Shown in pieces: positions 9,801 through 19,139 of a stretch of 35,355 nt of DNA. Source of the stretch: Trichomonas gallinae (taxonomy: Eukaryota); assembly GCA_008369845.1 (NCBI GenBank), contig MRSU01003038.1, forward strand, positions 1 through 35,355, given 5' to 3'. Each line of letters begins with the position of its first letter. Within the stretch, counting starts at the first letter, position 1. The notes below the pieces were generated by a model that did not search any database, was not told where the DNA came from, and worked only from the letters and a program-made list of their open reading frames with translations. The position numbers were made by a program, and so were the translations under genes.

Positions 9801-12800
9801 GCAAACCCTATCATCAGGCAAACCGAAAGCAATCCAGTCTCTGACAGTGGCTGCTGAAACCATTGACCTGACGAATGAGAAGAAGGAAGATTGTTTGAAT
9901 CCATTCTCTCCCAAATAGTTCAAGATCATGTTGTAAGCGTTGTCTCTGTATATTGATGTCATTGGGCCAAGATAAACAAGGAATGAAGCACAGATAAACG
10001 CATCGGCAACAATAGATTTATTCATTATTTCTGCTTGTTCCTTGTCCTTCTTCCATGTCATGTTATTGTCACTCAATATTTGCAGAATTCTCCTTGCATG
10101 GACCATTCGATTCTTGGAAGCAGTTATTCCTTCAGAAAGCTTCCTTTTCTCTCTGTTTGCTTGATCACATTTGTTCTTGAGTTCTTCAATTGTATCTGAT
10201 AACTTCTTGACATCAGCTCTTCGCTTTTCTAAGACTTCCTGATCATTAGCAACAGCATTTTGCTTGTTTCTTATTAATCTCTCTTTAGGTTGCAAGCTGT
10301 TGTAAGTTATTTCGTAATTGTAAAGCGATGTAGCCCACATGCAGAGAGATTTAGCTGCAACGGAAACTCTGCCGACTTCACTTTCTTGGAAGTTTGGATT
10401 CGACTCAACATATGGCTTGATTTTAGTTAAGATATCATGAGGGACATGATTCTGCTCACTGTATTTGGAAGAAATCCTGCTGATGAAAGTGGAATCAGAT
10501 AAAAGTTGAACAGCTGATTTCCATGTCACATCAACTTCAGCTAAAATGCAGATAACTTCCATAACTGTTTTGACGACCAAAGGAGGCTCACCGAAGCTTC
10601 TCAAATCCATGATATCTCCTCTGTTCAGGCCTTTAAGCTGAGCTATTGAGTTTGTTAGGATTGGTTCAACATTGTCGTATTCAGCACGCATTTCGCTGTT
10701 TAATTTTTCGATTTCGTCGAGTTTCGCTTTGACATTCTTCTCTTCATATCTTAATCTTTGAGCAAGTTTTTCATATGTTACTTCATTTTCATTTATGTAA
10801 TGAAGTAACTGATCAGCTTCCAAACACATGTGTTCGTATTTAGGCTTCTGTTCGACTAACTGAACTTCGGTTTTCTCCAGGAAATCAGATACAAACTTGA
10901 GTTTATCGACGCCTTCTTGCAAATGTTTTTGGAGCAGCTCGTTGTCGTCCTTTCTCTTCTTGACCAAATGGATGAATGTGGAAAGGAAAGTCACAAATAG
11001 TGAAGGAGTGATGATATAATTCTTTCCTTCTCTGTTGAGCATTTTCTGTGCTATATCCATCGCTGTGTGGTGAACGAAAACTGCTGCGTTGACGATTTTC
11101 TCTTGGTCTGGCATTTCAGCGAAAGATGCTGCAGCAATAGACTTAAGAGAATCATCAGGAAGCGGTTCATAGTAATCGAAAACGCTTGCATTGACAATTG
11201 ATGGTGAATTCTCAAGAATCTTTGGAGTTAAAGTATCCAACAAAATCAAAACGTGCAAAAACTGCCAAACTCTTCTTCTATACATGTTTCTTAGAGTAAT
11301 AATTGACTCATTTTCACCGATTTGTTTTGCAGTGAAGACTAATTCATTGCAACCTTTGTCGATTTCATCAGCTGACAAATAAGCGAGTGGATCTCCTCCT
11401 GACATCAAAATGGACAAAGCATTGATGAAAGCTGTGTTCTTGAGCGGTTTTTCTCTGACGACAAGGACAACTTTCTTTCCTGCAACACCTGCTTTGATGA
11501 TCGAAGATTTAATGTCATCAATTTCATTTGCGTAAATTGCATCAGCACCAGCTACAAATATTCCGAGTTTTGAAACAGTTGTCTTTCCAGAACCAACGCT
11601 GCCGTAAACAACCATGTGGCCGAATGGACGCTTCAAGACTTTCATCATTCTTGCAAGATGAATTCCTGAAGACCTTAACGGCAAAATTGTTTCTGATTGA
11701 ATTCTTTTCGCGTTTGTGATTTCCGTTATAATTGAACTTAATTGATTTATGATGTCTTCTTCTTTGAGATCCTGGTAGTTCTGCTTCAAGTTGTCTGCGT
11801 TGCTGATGGAAAGGTCGGCGAAGAATGATTGATTGATGGAATCAAGAGATATGTCAACACCAACTTTAGTTTTGATAGACATTATCAATGAGTCCTCGAA
11901 ATACTTTCTATCAACAGAGTCAATGATTCTGTCTCCGAATGTTCTGAATATTTCGCTGAAAACTAATCTCAAAAACATTTCTTGAGTTGTAATTGTTTTT
12001 GCGTTGACATAAAAGACTCCATAAGTTGCTCTAAACAAATCATGCATTGAGAACAAATAGTGTGGATGTCCATCTTTCTTAGGAATATTCGCTGCAAGCT
12101 TTTCATAGAACATTGTGAGTGCAGCAGCAACTTTAGACACAGAAGTTCTTACGCCTTCATCGAATTTCGCGAAGTAAACTTGGTAAATTGATGAAATGAT
12201 TTGTGTCAAAACTGTTGTATCTGGTTTCGTGTAGTTAAGCGTGTAAGCATTTGCTGATATACTGTGCTTGATTGGATTAGTGTTGTCTGCAATGCAAATC
12301 ATTGAAACATTTCTTGTCGGCCAGCATTTATAAGTTGGCTCAAGTCTTATTCCTGTTCCATTGAATATTGACCTGATTATTTCTAGAGGCTGAGTTGCAA
12401 TCGGTGAGTTTGCTCTGTCTATTATTATCACCCCTTGTGCACGTCCATGTGGCTGCAAGAATTTGGCGCCGACTTTATCTAGGCATTGAGAAATCGCTTG
12501 TCTTGCATCACTGCCTTTTGTTAGTGGTGAAAATGTTATCGTTGAGCTTGTTTCGCCTTCTTTTTCGAGAGTCGAGACGCAGAATTTAACTAGTTCTGAT
12601 TTTCCTGAGAATGGGTCGCCTGTTAAGATGATATGTCTGTGAGCTCCCAACATGTGTTTGATGATTGTTGAGATTCTAACAGTTTCTGTTGTTTGAACGT
12701 AAGCAACATTTGTTCGAATATCTTCCATCGAAATAGTTACTTCGGATTGTTCGTTGATACCGAAATGAGGAACTTGTTCAAGCCATGATGACCATGTGCC

Positions 12801-15800
12801 GTTGTTTGTGTTGATTGTGTAATCAAAAAGAATTCCTCTGTTCGGGAAATCAGTCAAACTTCCTAATGCGTCTCTTACAAATGATTCGAACTGGATTCTT
12901 AAAGAATTGGAAAGGAATCCACCATAGCTCCAAAGGAATGAATAAGCGAATAACGAAGAAATGATTGATTGCCCTTCATGTGTATCAGGAATTTCTTTTC
13001 CTTTCAATAATGAAGTGAAGAAAGAGAAGAATGTGTCAATCATGTTAAACGGTGAATATAATCCGCATATTTCGTTGATGAAATCAACGCCAGGATTGAT
13101 TGCTGCTTTCACACATTCATCTATTCTTGCTATTAATCTCTTCTTGTCTGAGAAAAGTGGATAAACTCTTTCTTCGAGTGCTGCATTGACAAATGAACTT
13201 GTTCCGAATTCTTTGGACGAAACATTCAAAATTGCGCAGCGAGAAAGTAAAGCTGGGGAAGCCATTGATATGTCATTTGTCTCAAATACGAATTTCATTG
13301 ACGGAGGAACAATATATGTGGCACTACTTCCGAATGAAATCTTGTGATCGATATCGAAAGCTGTTCCAACATGATCCGTCCAAAGTGGATCAACGTCGCC
13401 TTCGAAAATCACCCATTGCTCTCTGTTGTTTAAAATTTGAACTTGGCTGAGCAAAGCACCAATAACACCATCATTCCACTTTCCATCTGCATCAATGCAT
13501 CCGAATAATTCTTTTTGTGTGAACTTGCTTGGAGAAATTATAAGTTTGTCGAAAGGTAGATATGATTCATCTGTTTCAGCAATGATAGCTCTTGCTTCTT
13601 CAAGAACTTTTATGATTGATGACTTGCCGCAGCGTGGATCACCAGTAATAATGATGCCCTTAGGCTGCTGCGAGCAAACTTGTAACTCAACAACTTTGCT
13701 GCACTGATAATCGTTCATCTTTAACTGAGCCTTCTGGAAGGCAGTGTCTAAATGAATGGATATTTCATCTTGAAGTGGAGTTACTTCTGGGAATTGTCCG
13801 AATTCGTCTACCAGAAGAGGAACTATGATGTCCTGGTCCGCTTTAGGAAGAAGTGGTAATAATGTGACAGCAATTGCTCGAGCAACATATGTACTTTCTG
13901 ATGCAACAAGTTGTCCGCTGACTTTCTTTGCTTCTGCGATGCATTGAATGATGTTTCTCGCAGTGAGGAATGGACGGGATTGTTCTGATACTAAAGCTTT
14001 TGCGTGCTTGAAGAATCCTGTTATCATCTCAGAAAGATTTGCAGTGTTGCCAAATCCGTAAACGAACAACAAGTTTTCAGAAATTGCCTGTAGATCCGGT
14101 TCGTAGATATTAACTGGTCTGAGGGTTTCTTTCAAGTTCTCTGGAAGCTTGTTGTAATATGTTTGTGTGTCAGGAGCAGTGATGAACAATCCGCAGTTAT
14201 TTGAGAGTTGTATTTCCATTCCATCTGATTCGAATTTCTTCGCTTGATCAATTTTTGCGATGCTGATTGCTTGGTACTGCTCTGCTACAGCTGATATAAC
14301 ATCTTTATGGAGATCGGTGAATCCTTCTAAGCAGAGCCAGTATCCACCCATTGCAGAGCCTTTAACGTAAGACATGATTTGTTGTGTTGTCAAACATTGT
14401 TGGCAAGTTTTGACTGCAGCGAAGCAGCCGAAAATTTCAGCCAATGCAAGAATTAAAGATGATTTTCCTGAGTTTGTAGCTCCCAAAATTGCTCCATGGA
14501 AGCCACCTTTAAGTATTGAGAATATTGAACTGTAATTTTCGAAAATTAAAGGAGTCGAAATGAACTTGGTTGACTTTCCAATATATTCATATCCATATTC
14601 AAACGTCTCGAAGTTCTGTGACACAACAAGATCCTTGCTGTTGTCATCCCACCTGTATATGAGTTGCTGTGCCCACAGTGGATCAGTTATGCTTGTGACT
14701 TGCTTGTCGATCATTGTTTGCACGAGATCCATGTAATAAATGTCATTTAACATCAATGATTCTATCTTGTTCTTTTCAACAGGATGGAGATCTAAGTGTG
14801 TGAATTTAGTTATGTTCTGCACATCAGTCTTGATGATATTCAAAACATCAACAAGTCCCTGGCTTGGATTTGCAGAATTAAGAGCTTCTTCGATTGTCCT
14901 GCATCTCTCTAAAGCTGATGCAACGAGTGTGCATTGAATTGTGCAAACCTGCGTCCAATCTTCCCTGATCATATCATGATATTTTTGCTGAGCATTTCTG
15001 ATTTCTGTCTTAATTGTTCTCTGCATTGATTCGCACAATCCGAGCAGCCAGCTTTCTATGTTTGTGTGGAACTTAACTGGCCTCAGTTGTATTCTTTCGC
15101 CTAAGTCGTTCAATGCGAAAGCAATTGACGGAATGTGACTTTCCATGATAAATTCGACTGTGTGGATTCCTGAGAATAACTTCGGAAGATAAGGGATCAA
15201 AGCCTGGTGATCCTTCATCTTTGACATAAGATTGATGAGTTCCCTGTTGGACAGCAAGTAAAGACGAGGGAATGTTGACCTCTTTTGCTCCAAGAAGCCT
15301 TCGATGCTTTTATAAATTGCATCTAATGACTGGTTTGCTAAAACGAGGTCATTAATGATGTTGCCTGTGTTGCACAATTTAAATGCAAGTGGATCATCTG
15401 ATGCACGCTGTGAGAATGACTTCCAGGACTTCTCAACAGCAGATAAGTCTCTCTGCTCTGCAGAAAGCTGTCTTGCAAGTTCTGAATTTTGGAAAATTTC
15501 GCTGATGAAAACAAATTGTTTCTGGCACTTATCGACTGTTTGTATTGCGGACTCGAATGTATTAATATATCTGATCCACTCTTCAGCACGAGCGCGATGC
15601 TGAGCGACATATTTCGAAGCTCTGATTGACGATAAAATTGATTTTGCGTCGTCGATTGATGACTGAATCTGTTCGATTCCTTCGAGGAAGTAAGCGTTCT
15701 TGTGGTTCTTGAGCGGTGTAGGACTGAACTGCAATGCTTCTATTGCGTTCTTCATGTTGTTGAGCTGATCCAAAAGCGCTTGTTCGTTTGTTGCTTGTTC

Positions 15801-18527
15801 CGAAATTGTTCTGATTTTGTCGACGTATAAATAAGCTTTGAGTTCGACGAGTTTTCCGAAGACAAATTCTGGGTCGTTGAAGAAAGTGTCGCCGAGCAGT
15901 TTCTCGATCTGCTCTGTGTGTGATGGCTTGAGTGCTGGGTTCTTGAGGTCCGATATAATTGGAACCATCGCTGCGAAGTAGTCAACCTTCTTCTTGAGAT
16001 CCTGAGCAACAGCATTATCCTCAAGACCAGCAGCAACAGTATCTGATTTAGTTACAAAGTCTTGGATCTCCAAAACCATTTTATCTGAATCGACAGCTTG
16101 GAAACTCAAGTTGCACCACTCTTCTGATTTCAGCGCCCAAAGAAGTTTCGTGTCCCAAAGCATCTTCTTGAGACTGACATTCGTAAACAAGTGCATAACA
16201 TCATCGAAATCTGTCTGCGGAATCAGCATTGCTGCCTGGTAACCGTTGTATTCTTGTGACAGTTTGTAGATTTCGTCTGTTTGCTCCACGATGTCTTTTA
16301 AGATTTCCAAAGCTTCCTGCGGAGTTGTTTGTAAGTCTGAAAGTTTTACGTTGTTAGAAAGCAGAACAACTTCAATAACTCTCGCGTGAAGAGCCGCGCA
16401 ACTCTTATCGAGCATCGACTGGAATCTTGGCTGTAAAATCTGCCTGTTATCATCTGCATATGACAAAGATCTCTTGACTGAGTCGAAAATAGGAGTTAAT
16501 TCTGTGAACATGTTGATCTCATCTTGTGGAATCTGCCCTCCATTCTCGTTTGCAAGCATGTGCATGTCTCTGATTGCATCTGACAAATTGTAAAGTTCTC
16601 TGACAGTTTCTTGGTTCTTATTGACAGCATTGAGATAACCAACGAACTGTCCAACATTATCTGTTTGAAGAGAAAGCTCGTGATAAGCCGCTCTGACACG
16701 ATCGTTGTATTTCATTAGGAACTTGTGCGAAATAATCTTCAATGCAATTCTTATCTCCTCCAAACATTTAGATGGTGATTTCATGAACAACTTCTTCATC
16801 GAATCAATGTTGCATTCGTATAAACCAACGTCATAGACTTCTTCTATCTTGTTGATGAACTCCTCTTGATCTTTAAGCTCTTTGATGGCTGTCCTAATTT
16901 CTGTGGCATTGACTGTTTCTTTATCGAGAAAACTGACATCGAATTTCAAGTTCTTCTCATATATTTCGATTGCTGGATTGAAATTCGTCTTGAAGAAATC
17001 GAGTAATTTGTATGAATGCTGTAGCATGTTCTTGATGTTTTCAATGACCATCTTATACAATGGATCGTTAGGAAGAATGTGAGTAATGTCTGGTGATGAT
17101 AATTTCTTTTGTTGTGTAGGGCTGGCTTCTATTGCGCTTGTAATGTATTGCTTGAAAACAGGGTTGTAAATAATTCTCGGAATGGAACATAATAACTTAA
17201 CAGCGCTTAATCTAACAGATGAAATTTGGTTGATGACTTCATCGAAAGTTGGAAGCCATTTGAATCCATGTTCATATACACCGTCAATGGATAAAACCGG
17301 CTGTGCGAAATTTGCTGCCGCTGACGTTTTCATGTTTTCGTAGATATTCTTCCATTCGAAAGGAATGTCGAGATCTTTGAACTCTGAATTATTGTATCCT
17401 ACCATAGATGAACCTGTGGTGAACCTGTGAGAAAGAATTGCGAACAATTCTAGTAATGACGCATTGCAAATTTCTCTTAAATTGTTGACAATCAAATAAT
17501 CGATCATTCTCACGAATCTCACGACCATCTGACACAAAGCATTATGCACGGCCTTGTTCGTGTATTTTAGATTGGTAGCAACTTCGTATGTTGACTTAGA
17601 GTCGACGTTTTTTTGTTGTTTTTCGTATTGCGCGATTAATTGATTTAAAGGTGACTGACTTTCCTGATTTTTATCGCGATCATTATGTGTTCTTGTATCC
17701 ATTGATTTTTCGCACGCTGTTGCCATAATACTCACGAGGTTGTTAAAGAATTGATCGAGTATTTCCTTTAATTCTTTGTGGTTTCGAGCATTTTCTTCAA
17801 CAAATGCGCCAAGAGTGTATGTTTTCTTAGGATCGATTGTAATGATTTTAATTTTTCGTAGATTATTGAGTTCTTGCTGTATTTTGATAAATGCGGGTCT
17901 TAAAGTTGGATTTGCGAAGAATAAATTAGTTGTTAATGATATTTGCGCGTTATTTTGCTTCTGTGCGAGAATGTTTCTGTGCCATGTTTTGAAATGTCTC
18001 CATTGTCGCTGATATTTGAAAAATGGAATTGTCATGATTTGCGAGAATAAATCATTTTCACGCATCCATTGATCTAGTGGTATGAAATCTACGACCGGGC
18101 GATTAAAGTGAGTAAGCCCTTTCAGACTTAGAGTCCAGAAATTCGAATCTTTCATTTGTGATGCTGGAATTATTCGCAAACATGTCGGATGTTCTGAGTC
18201 CTCGATGATGTTTGACGGTTCTAGGTAGACGTACTCACGTGTATCTAGTCCAGCTTTGGCTCTTTCGACATATTCGATCGGATCTTTTGTATATGGTAGT
18301 TTTTGCGGCTCTGATTCGATTGGTGTTGGAACATCTGCTGCGACTTGTAATGGTGGAAGCTTTTTAGGCTTCATTTGAATTAACGGTGATTTCAATCTTG
18401 GATGATTTTTGCTTAATGTCGAATTAAAAGTAACAGGATGACTATGAATGGCCTGCTTGGGTACCAGGCGTCCAAGTAATTCCTTAGAATGCTTGTTAGG
18501 AATGTTACTTGGGCCTGGAAAAGTCAT
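6894..18527 (-). CDS. Axonemal inner-arm dynein heavy chain, DNAH6-like, divergent motor
   Basis: 3877 aa. DNAH6-type N-tail (FWTLSLKGLTHF..DFIPLDQW..FFK..W..FKTW), linker (FLEQKRSTFPRLYLLSNRELI, YGYEYIG), four P-loops (GATNSGKS, GDPRCGKS, GDPFSGKS, GSVGSGKT), stalk/MTBD (DLRSFGEPPLVVKTVMEVICIL), AAA6 SLGQGQ..GDWLLLENC and C-terminal GARW..W..R. Alternative ATG at 18374. Confidence 0.95.
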   Translation of the reverse strand: MTFPGPSNIPNKHSKELLGRLVPKQAIHSHPVTFNSTLSKNHPRLKSPLIQMKPKKLPPLQVAADVPTPIESEPQKLPYTKDPIEYVERAKAGLDTREYVYLEPSNIIEDSEHPTCLRIIPASQMKDSNFWTLSLKGLTHFNRPVVDFIPLDQWMRENDLFSQIMTIPFFKYQRQWRHFKTWHRNILAQKQNNAQISLTTNLFFANPTLRPAFIKIQQELNNLRKIKIITIDPKKTYTLGAFVEENARNHKELKEILDQFFNNLVSIMATACEKSMDTRTHNDRDKNQESQSPLNQLIAQYEKQQKNVDSKSTYEVATNLKYTNKAVHNALCQMVVRFVRMIDYLIVNNLREICNASLLELFAILSHRFTTGSSMVGYNNSEFKDLDIPFEWKNIYENMKTSAAANFAQPVLSIDGVYEHGFKWLPTFDEVINQISSVRLSAVKLLCSIPRIIYNPVFKQYITSAIEASPTQQKKLSSPDITHILPNDPLYKMVIENIKNMLQHSYKLLDFFKTNFNPAIEIYEKNLKFDVSFLDKETVNATEIRTAIKELKDQEEFINKIEEVYDVGLYECNIDSMKKLFMKSPSKCLEEIRIALKIISHKFLMKYNDRVRAAYHELSLQTDNVGQFVGYLNAVNKNQETVRELYNLSDAIRDMHMLANENGGQIPQDEINMFTELTPIFDSVKRSLSYADDNRQILQPRFQSMLDKSCAALHARVIEVVLLSNNVKLSDLQTTPQEALEILKDIVEQTDEIYKLSQEYNGYQAAMLIPQTDFDDVMHLFTNVSLKKMLWDTKLLWALKSEEWCNLSFQAVDSDKMVLEIQDFVTKSDTVAAGLEDNAVAQDLKKKVDYFAAMVPIISDLKNPALKPSHTEQIEKLLGDTFFNDPEFVFGKLVELKAYLYVDKIRTISEQATNEQALLDQLNNMKNAIEALQFSPTPLKNHKNAYFLEGIEQIQSSIDDAKSILSSIRASKYVAQHRARAEEWIRYINTFESAIQTVDKCQKQFVFISEIFQNSELARQLSAEQRDLSAVEKSWKSFSQRASDDPLAFKLCNTGNIINDLVLANQSLDAIYKSIEGFLEQKRSTFPRLYLLSNRELINLMSKMKDHQALIPYLPKLFSGIHTVEFIMESHIPSIAFALNDLGERIQLRPVKFHTNIESWLLGLCESMQRTIKTEIRNAQQKYHDMIREDWTQVCTIQCTLVASALERCRTIEEALNSANPSQGLVDVLNIIKTDVQNITKFTHLDLHPVEKNKIESLMLNDIYYMDLVQTMIDKQVTSITDPLWAQQLIYRWDDNSKDLVVSQNFETFEYGYEYIGKSTKFISTPLIFENYSSIFSILKGGFHGAILGATNSGKSSLILALAEIFGCFAAVKTCQQCLTTQQIMSYVKGSAMGGYWLCLEGFTDLHKDVISAVAEQYQAISIAKIDQAKKFESDGMEIQLSNNCGLFITAPDTQTYYNKLPENLKETLRPVNIYEPDLQAISENLLFVYGFGNTANLSEMITGFFKHAKALVSEQSRPFLTARNIIQCIAEAKKVSGQLVASESTYVARAIAVTLLPLLPKADQDIIVPLLVDEFGQFPEVTPLQDEISIHLDTAFQKAQLKMNDYQCSKVVELQVCSQQPKGIIITGDPRCGKSSIIKVLEEARAIIAETDESYLPFDKLIISPSKFTQKELFGCIDADGKWNDGVIGALLSQVQILNNREQWVIFEGDVDPLWTDHVGTAFDIDHKISFGSSATYIVPPSMKFVFETNDISMASPALLSRCAILNVSSKEFGTSSFVNAALEERVYPLFSDKKRLIARIDECVKAAINPGVDFINEICGLYSPFNMIDTFFSFFTSLLKGKEIPDTHEGQSIISSLFAYSFLWSYGGFLSNSLRIQFESFVRDALGSLTDFPNRGILFDYTINTNNGTWSSWLEQVPHFGINEQSEVTISMEDIRTNVAYVQTTETVRISTIIKHMLGAHRHIILTGDPFSGKSELVKFCVSTLEKEGETSSTITFSPLTKGSDARQAISQCLDKVGAKFLQPHGRAQGVIIIDRANSPIATQPLEIIRSIFNGTGIRLEPTYKCWPTRNVSMICIADNTNPIKHSISANAYTLNYTKPDTTVLTQIISSIYQVYFAKFDEGVRTSVSKVAAALTMFYEKLAANIPKKDGHPHYLFSMHDLFRATYGVFYVNAKTITTQEMFLRLVFSEIFRTFGDRIIDSVDRKYFEDSLIMSIKTKVGVDISLDSINQSFFADLSISNADNLKQNYQDLKEEDIINQLSSIITEITNAKRIQSETILPLRSSGIHLARMMKVLKRPFGHMVVYGSVGSGKTTVSKLGIFVAGADAIYANEIDDIKSSIIKAGVAGKKVVLVVREKPLKNTAFINALSILMSGGDPLAYLSADEIDKGCNELVFTAKQIGENESIITLRNMYRRRVWQFLHVLILLDTLTPKILENSPSIVNASVFDYYEPLPDDSLKSIAAASFAEMPDQEKIVNAAVFVHHTAMDIAQKMLNREGKNYIITPSLFVTFLSTFIHLVKKRKDDNELLQKHLQEGVDKLKFVSDFLEKTEVQLVEQKPKYEHMCLEADQLLHYINENEVTYEKLAQRLRYEEKNVKAKLDEIEKLNSEMRAEYDNVEPILTNSIAQLKGLNRGDIMDLRSFGEPPLVVKTVMEVICILAEVDVTWKSAVQLLSDSTFISRISSKYSEQNHVPHDILTKIKPYVESNPNFQESEVGRVSVAAKSLCMWATSLYNYEITYNSLQPKERLIRNKQNAVANDQEVLEKRRADVKKLSDTIEELKNKCDQANREKRKLSEGITASKNRMVHARRILQILSDNNMTWKKDKEQAEIMNKSIVADAFICASFLVYLGPMTSIYRDNAYNMILNYLGENGFKQSSFFSFVRSMVSAATVRDWIAFGLPDDRVCIESATIIMNSERTPFILDSTGIASKFIQNVEESHQIAVVRPTTHNLNRTIESSIRLGVPILIEDVESTFDASLENLTTRKIFKQDGKTYVKLGDKAAECDENYRIYMTVPLSDSPSPQAFTKATVVEFEISKEAFAKQELLHIADIVNPQLSKEIRDAREKIICEEKVIKQINDKILETIRTIGQDQILDDEILINTLETNKQTLMESTKTLSETQRKFDALIEKRDKYLPVANRVALISNAASNLCTKNASYRFSNSFIRHIVDSTLNADSNDNIDEIIPKVSYALFASISRALKSKDQLEFALSVATDMSIADRRLTREELAVLLKRPSPVPTVEAPPVKDISQKAWGRIIALANTLSSLKHIPETIKMSAHQLEEWYKSNLLTIPSCISEGLTEFQCLLLQRELNPQNFESVMRIYIEHTLGKEYSKPVKFDIESAMKIAGPLTPLIITLHGRVTPRRYIQKIAKGHNLQVRSLGQGQMASAEKALNVAMQRGDWLLLENCECLPGFIEIVDNAIAKGGAHNNFLLFISATDVSSFPPRLLNLAAKVALEAPTSTKGVIQNCLECLPAEFFAGAQCCRLTLSLALAHATIAQRNLYRDVCFAEKCNFSIVDFIFASNIVKPYLQDLSSFTLAATGSAFKWCYAGHSRYETDATTIAAVFERVLNKDNLLPESPILGIETSYAPPQSLPELQELLSHSSDEDNPEIIGLPRVAQKRQDLLPSKEISFSERGIFFSSLIKRLPELDTITPMESKPDPVNIVFERDALKEQEVIQMIRKSPHKPPQELLRGELPLEWTKLMPWPGPLDAWMTRLTYAAETYNQWARMARPAVIDISSLADPRAYISALMIKFSRMNQSMPHTTFILAKIPDNKESPADVGANVSGLMIVGARWNDESNCIDEIDDKVVNELPVMHLKPVKQLPSGTISIPLYAECNGLKTLVAKIPIQAAKTESFWAQRCAHIIFGHQ

Positions 18528-18806
18528 TTTTGATAAAAATTTTTGTTCGTTTTTTAATTTGATTCATTATTTCGCCTTTTTACGCATAGATTTGATTAAT
18601 ACTACACTTATAACATCGAAATATCTCTAAATTTTTGAGAAATACCAAATTTTCAAAAATTCATCAAATTCAATATCAATTCTTTTGTGCTAGTTTGTGT
18701 ATAAATAAACTCATATAGTTTCACTTTTCCAAATACTTCGTTGATCTGCACGAAAATAAACAAGATTAAAATTATATAATGGAAACATTTGGATATCTGC
18801 TGAGTA

Positions 18807-18915
18807 TTATAAACATTAATTAGTTTCACTTTTTGCCAACAACATTTAGGGTAAAAACGTCTAGAAAGTAATTCACAAAATTTTGGCAAAAAGTGGCTTA
18901 CTCTGACATGTAAAT
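18807..18915 (+). repeat. Dispersed intergenic repeat, copy 1
   Basis: 18807-18867 aligns to 34993-35054 at about 49/62 identities by hand. Both copies are followed by TCTGACATGTAAAT. Confidence 0.7.
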
Positions 18916-19139
18916 AATACAAATTTCTCCTAAATTTGACAATCCGTCACGTAAAACTATTTGCATAACATCTTCTTATCTCGATAGAAAGTTTTTGTTT
19001 GATTCGATATTTTGTGCATTTAAGTATTATTTCGATGCTTAATTAGAATATTATTGAATGATTGAGAAATATATGAATTTAGCTAAATATTGGGGATTAA
19101 AATGATATAATATTTTTACAAACAAACAAGATAATATAA

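Noticed and set aside
18653..18922. 89-aa minus-strand ORF
   Set aside because: AT-rich, overlaps the dispersed repeat and has non-coding composition.
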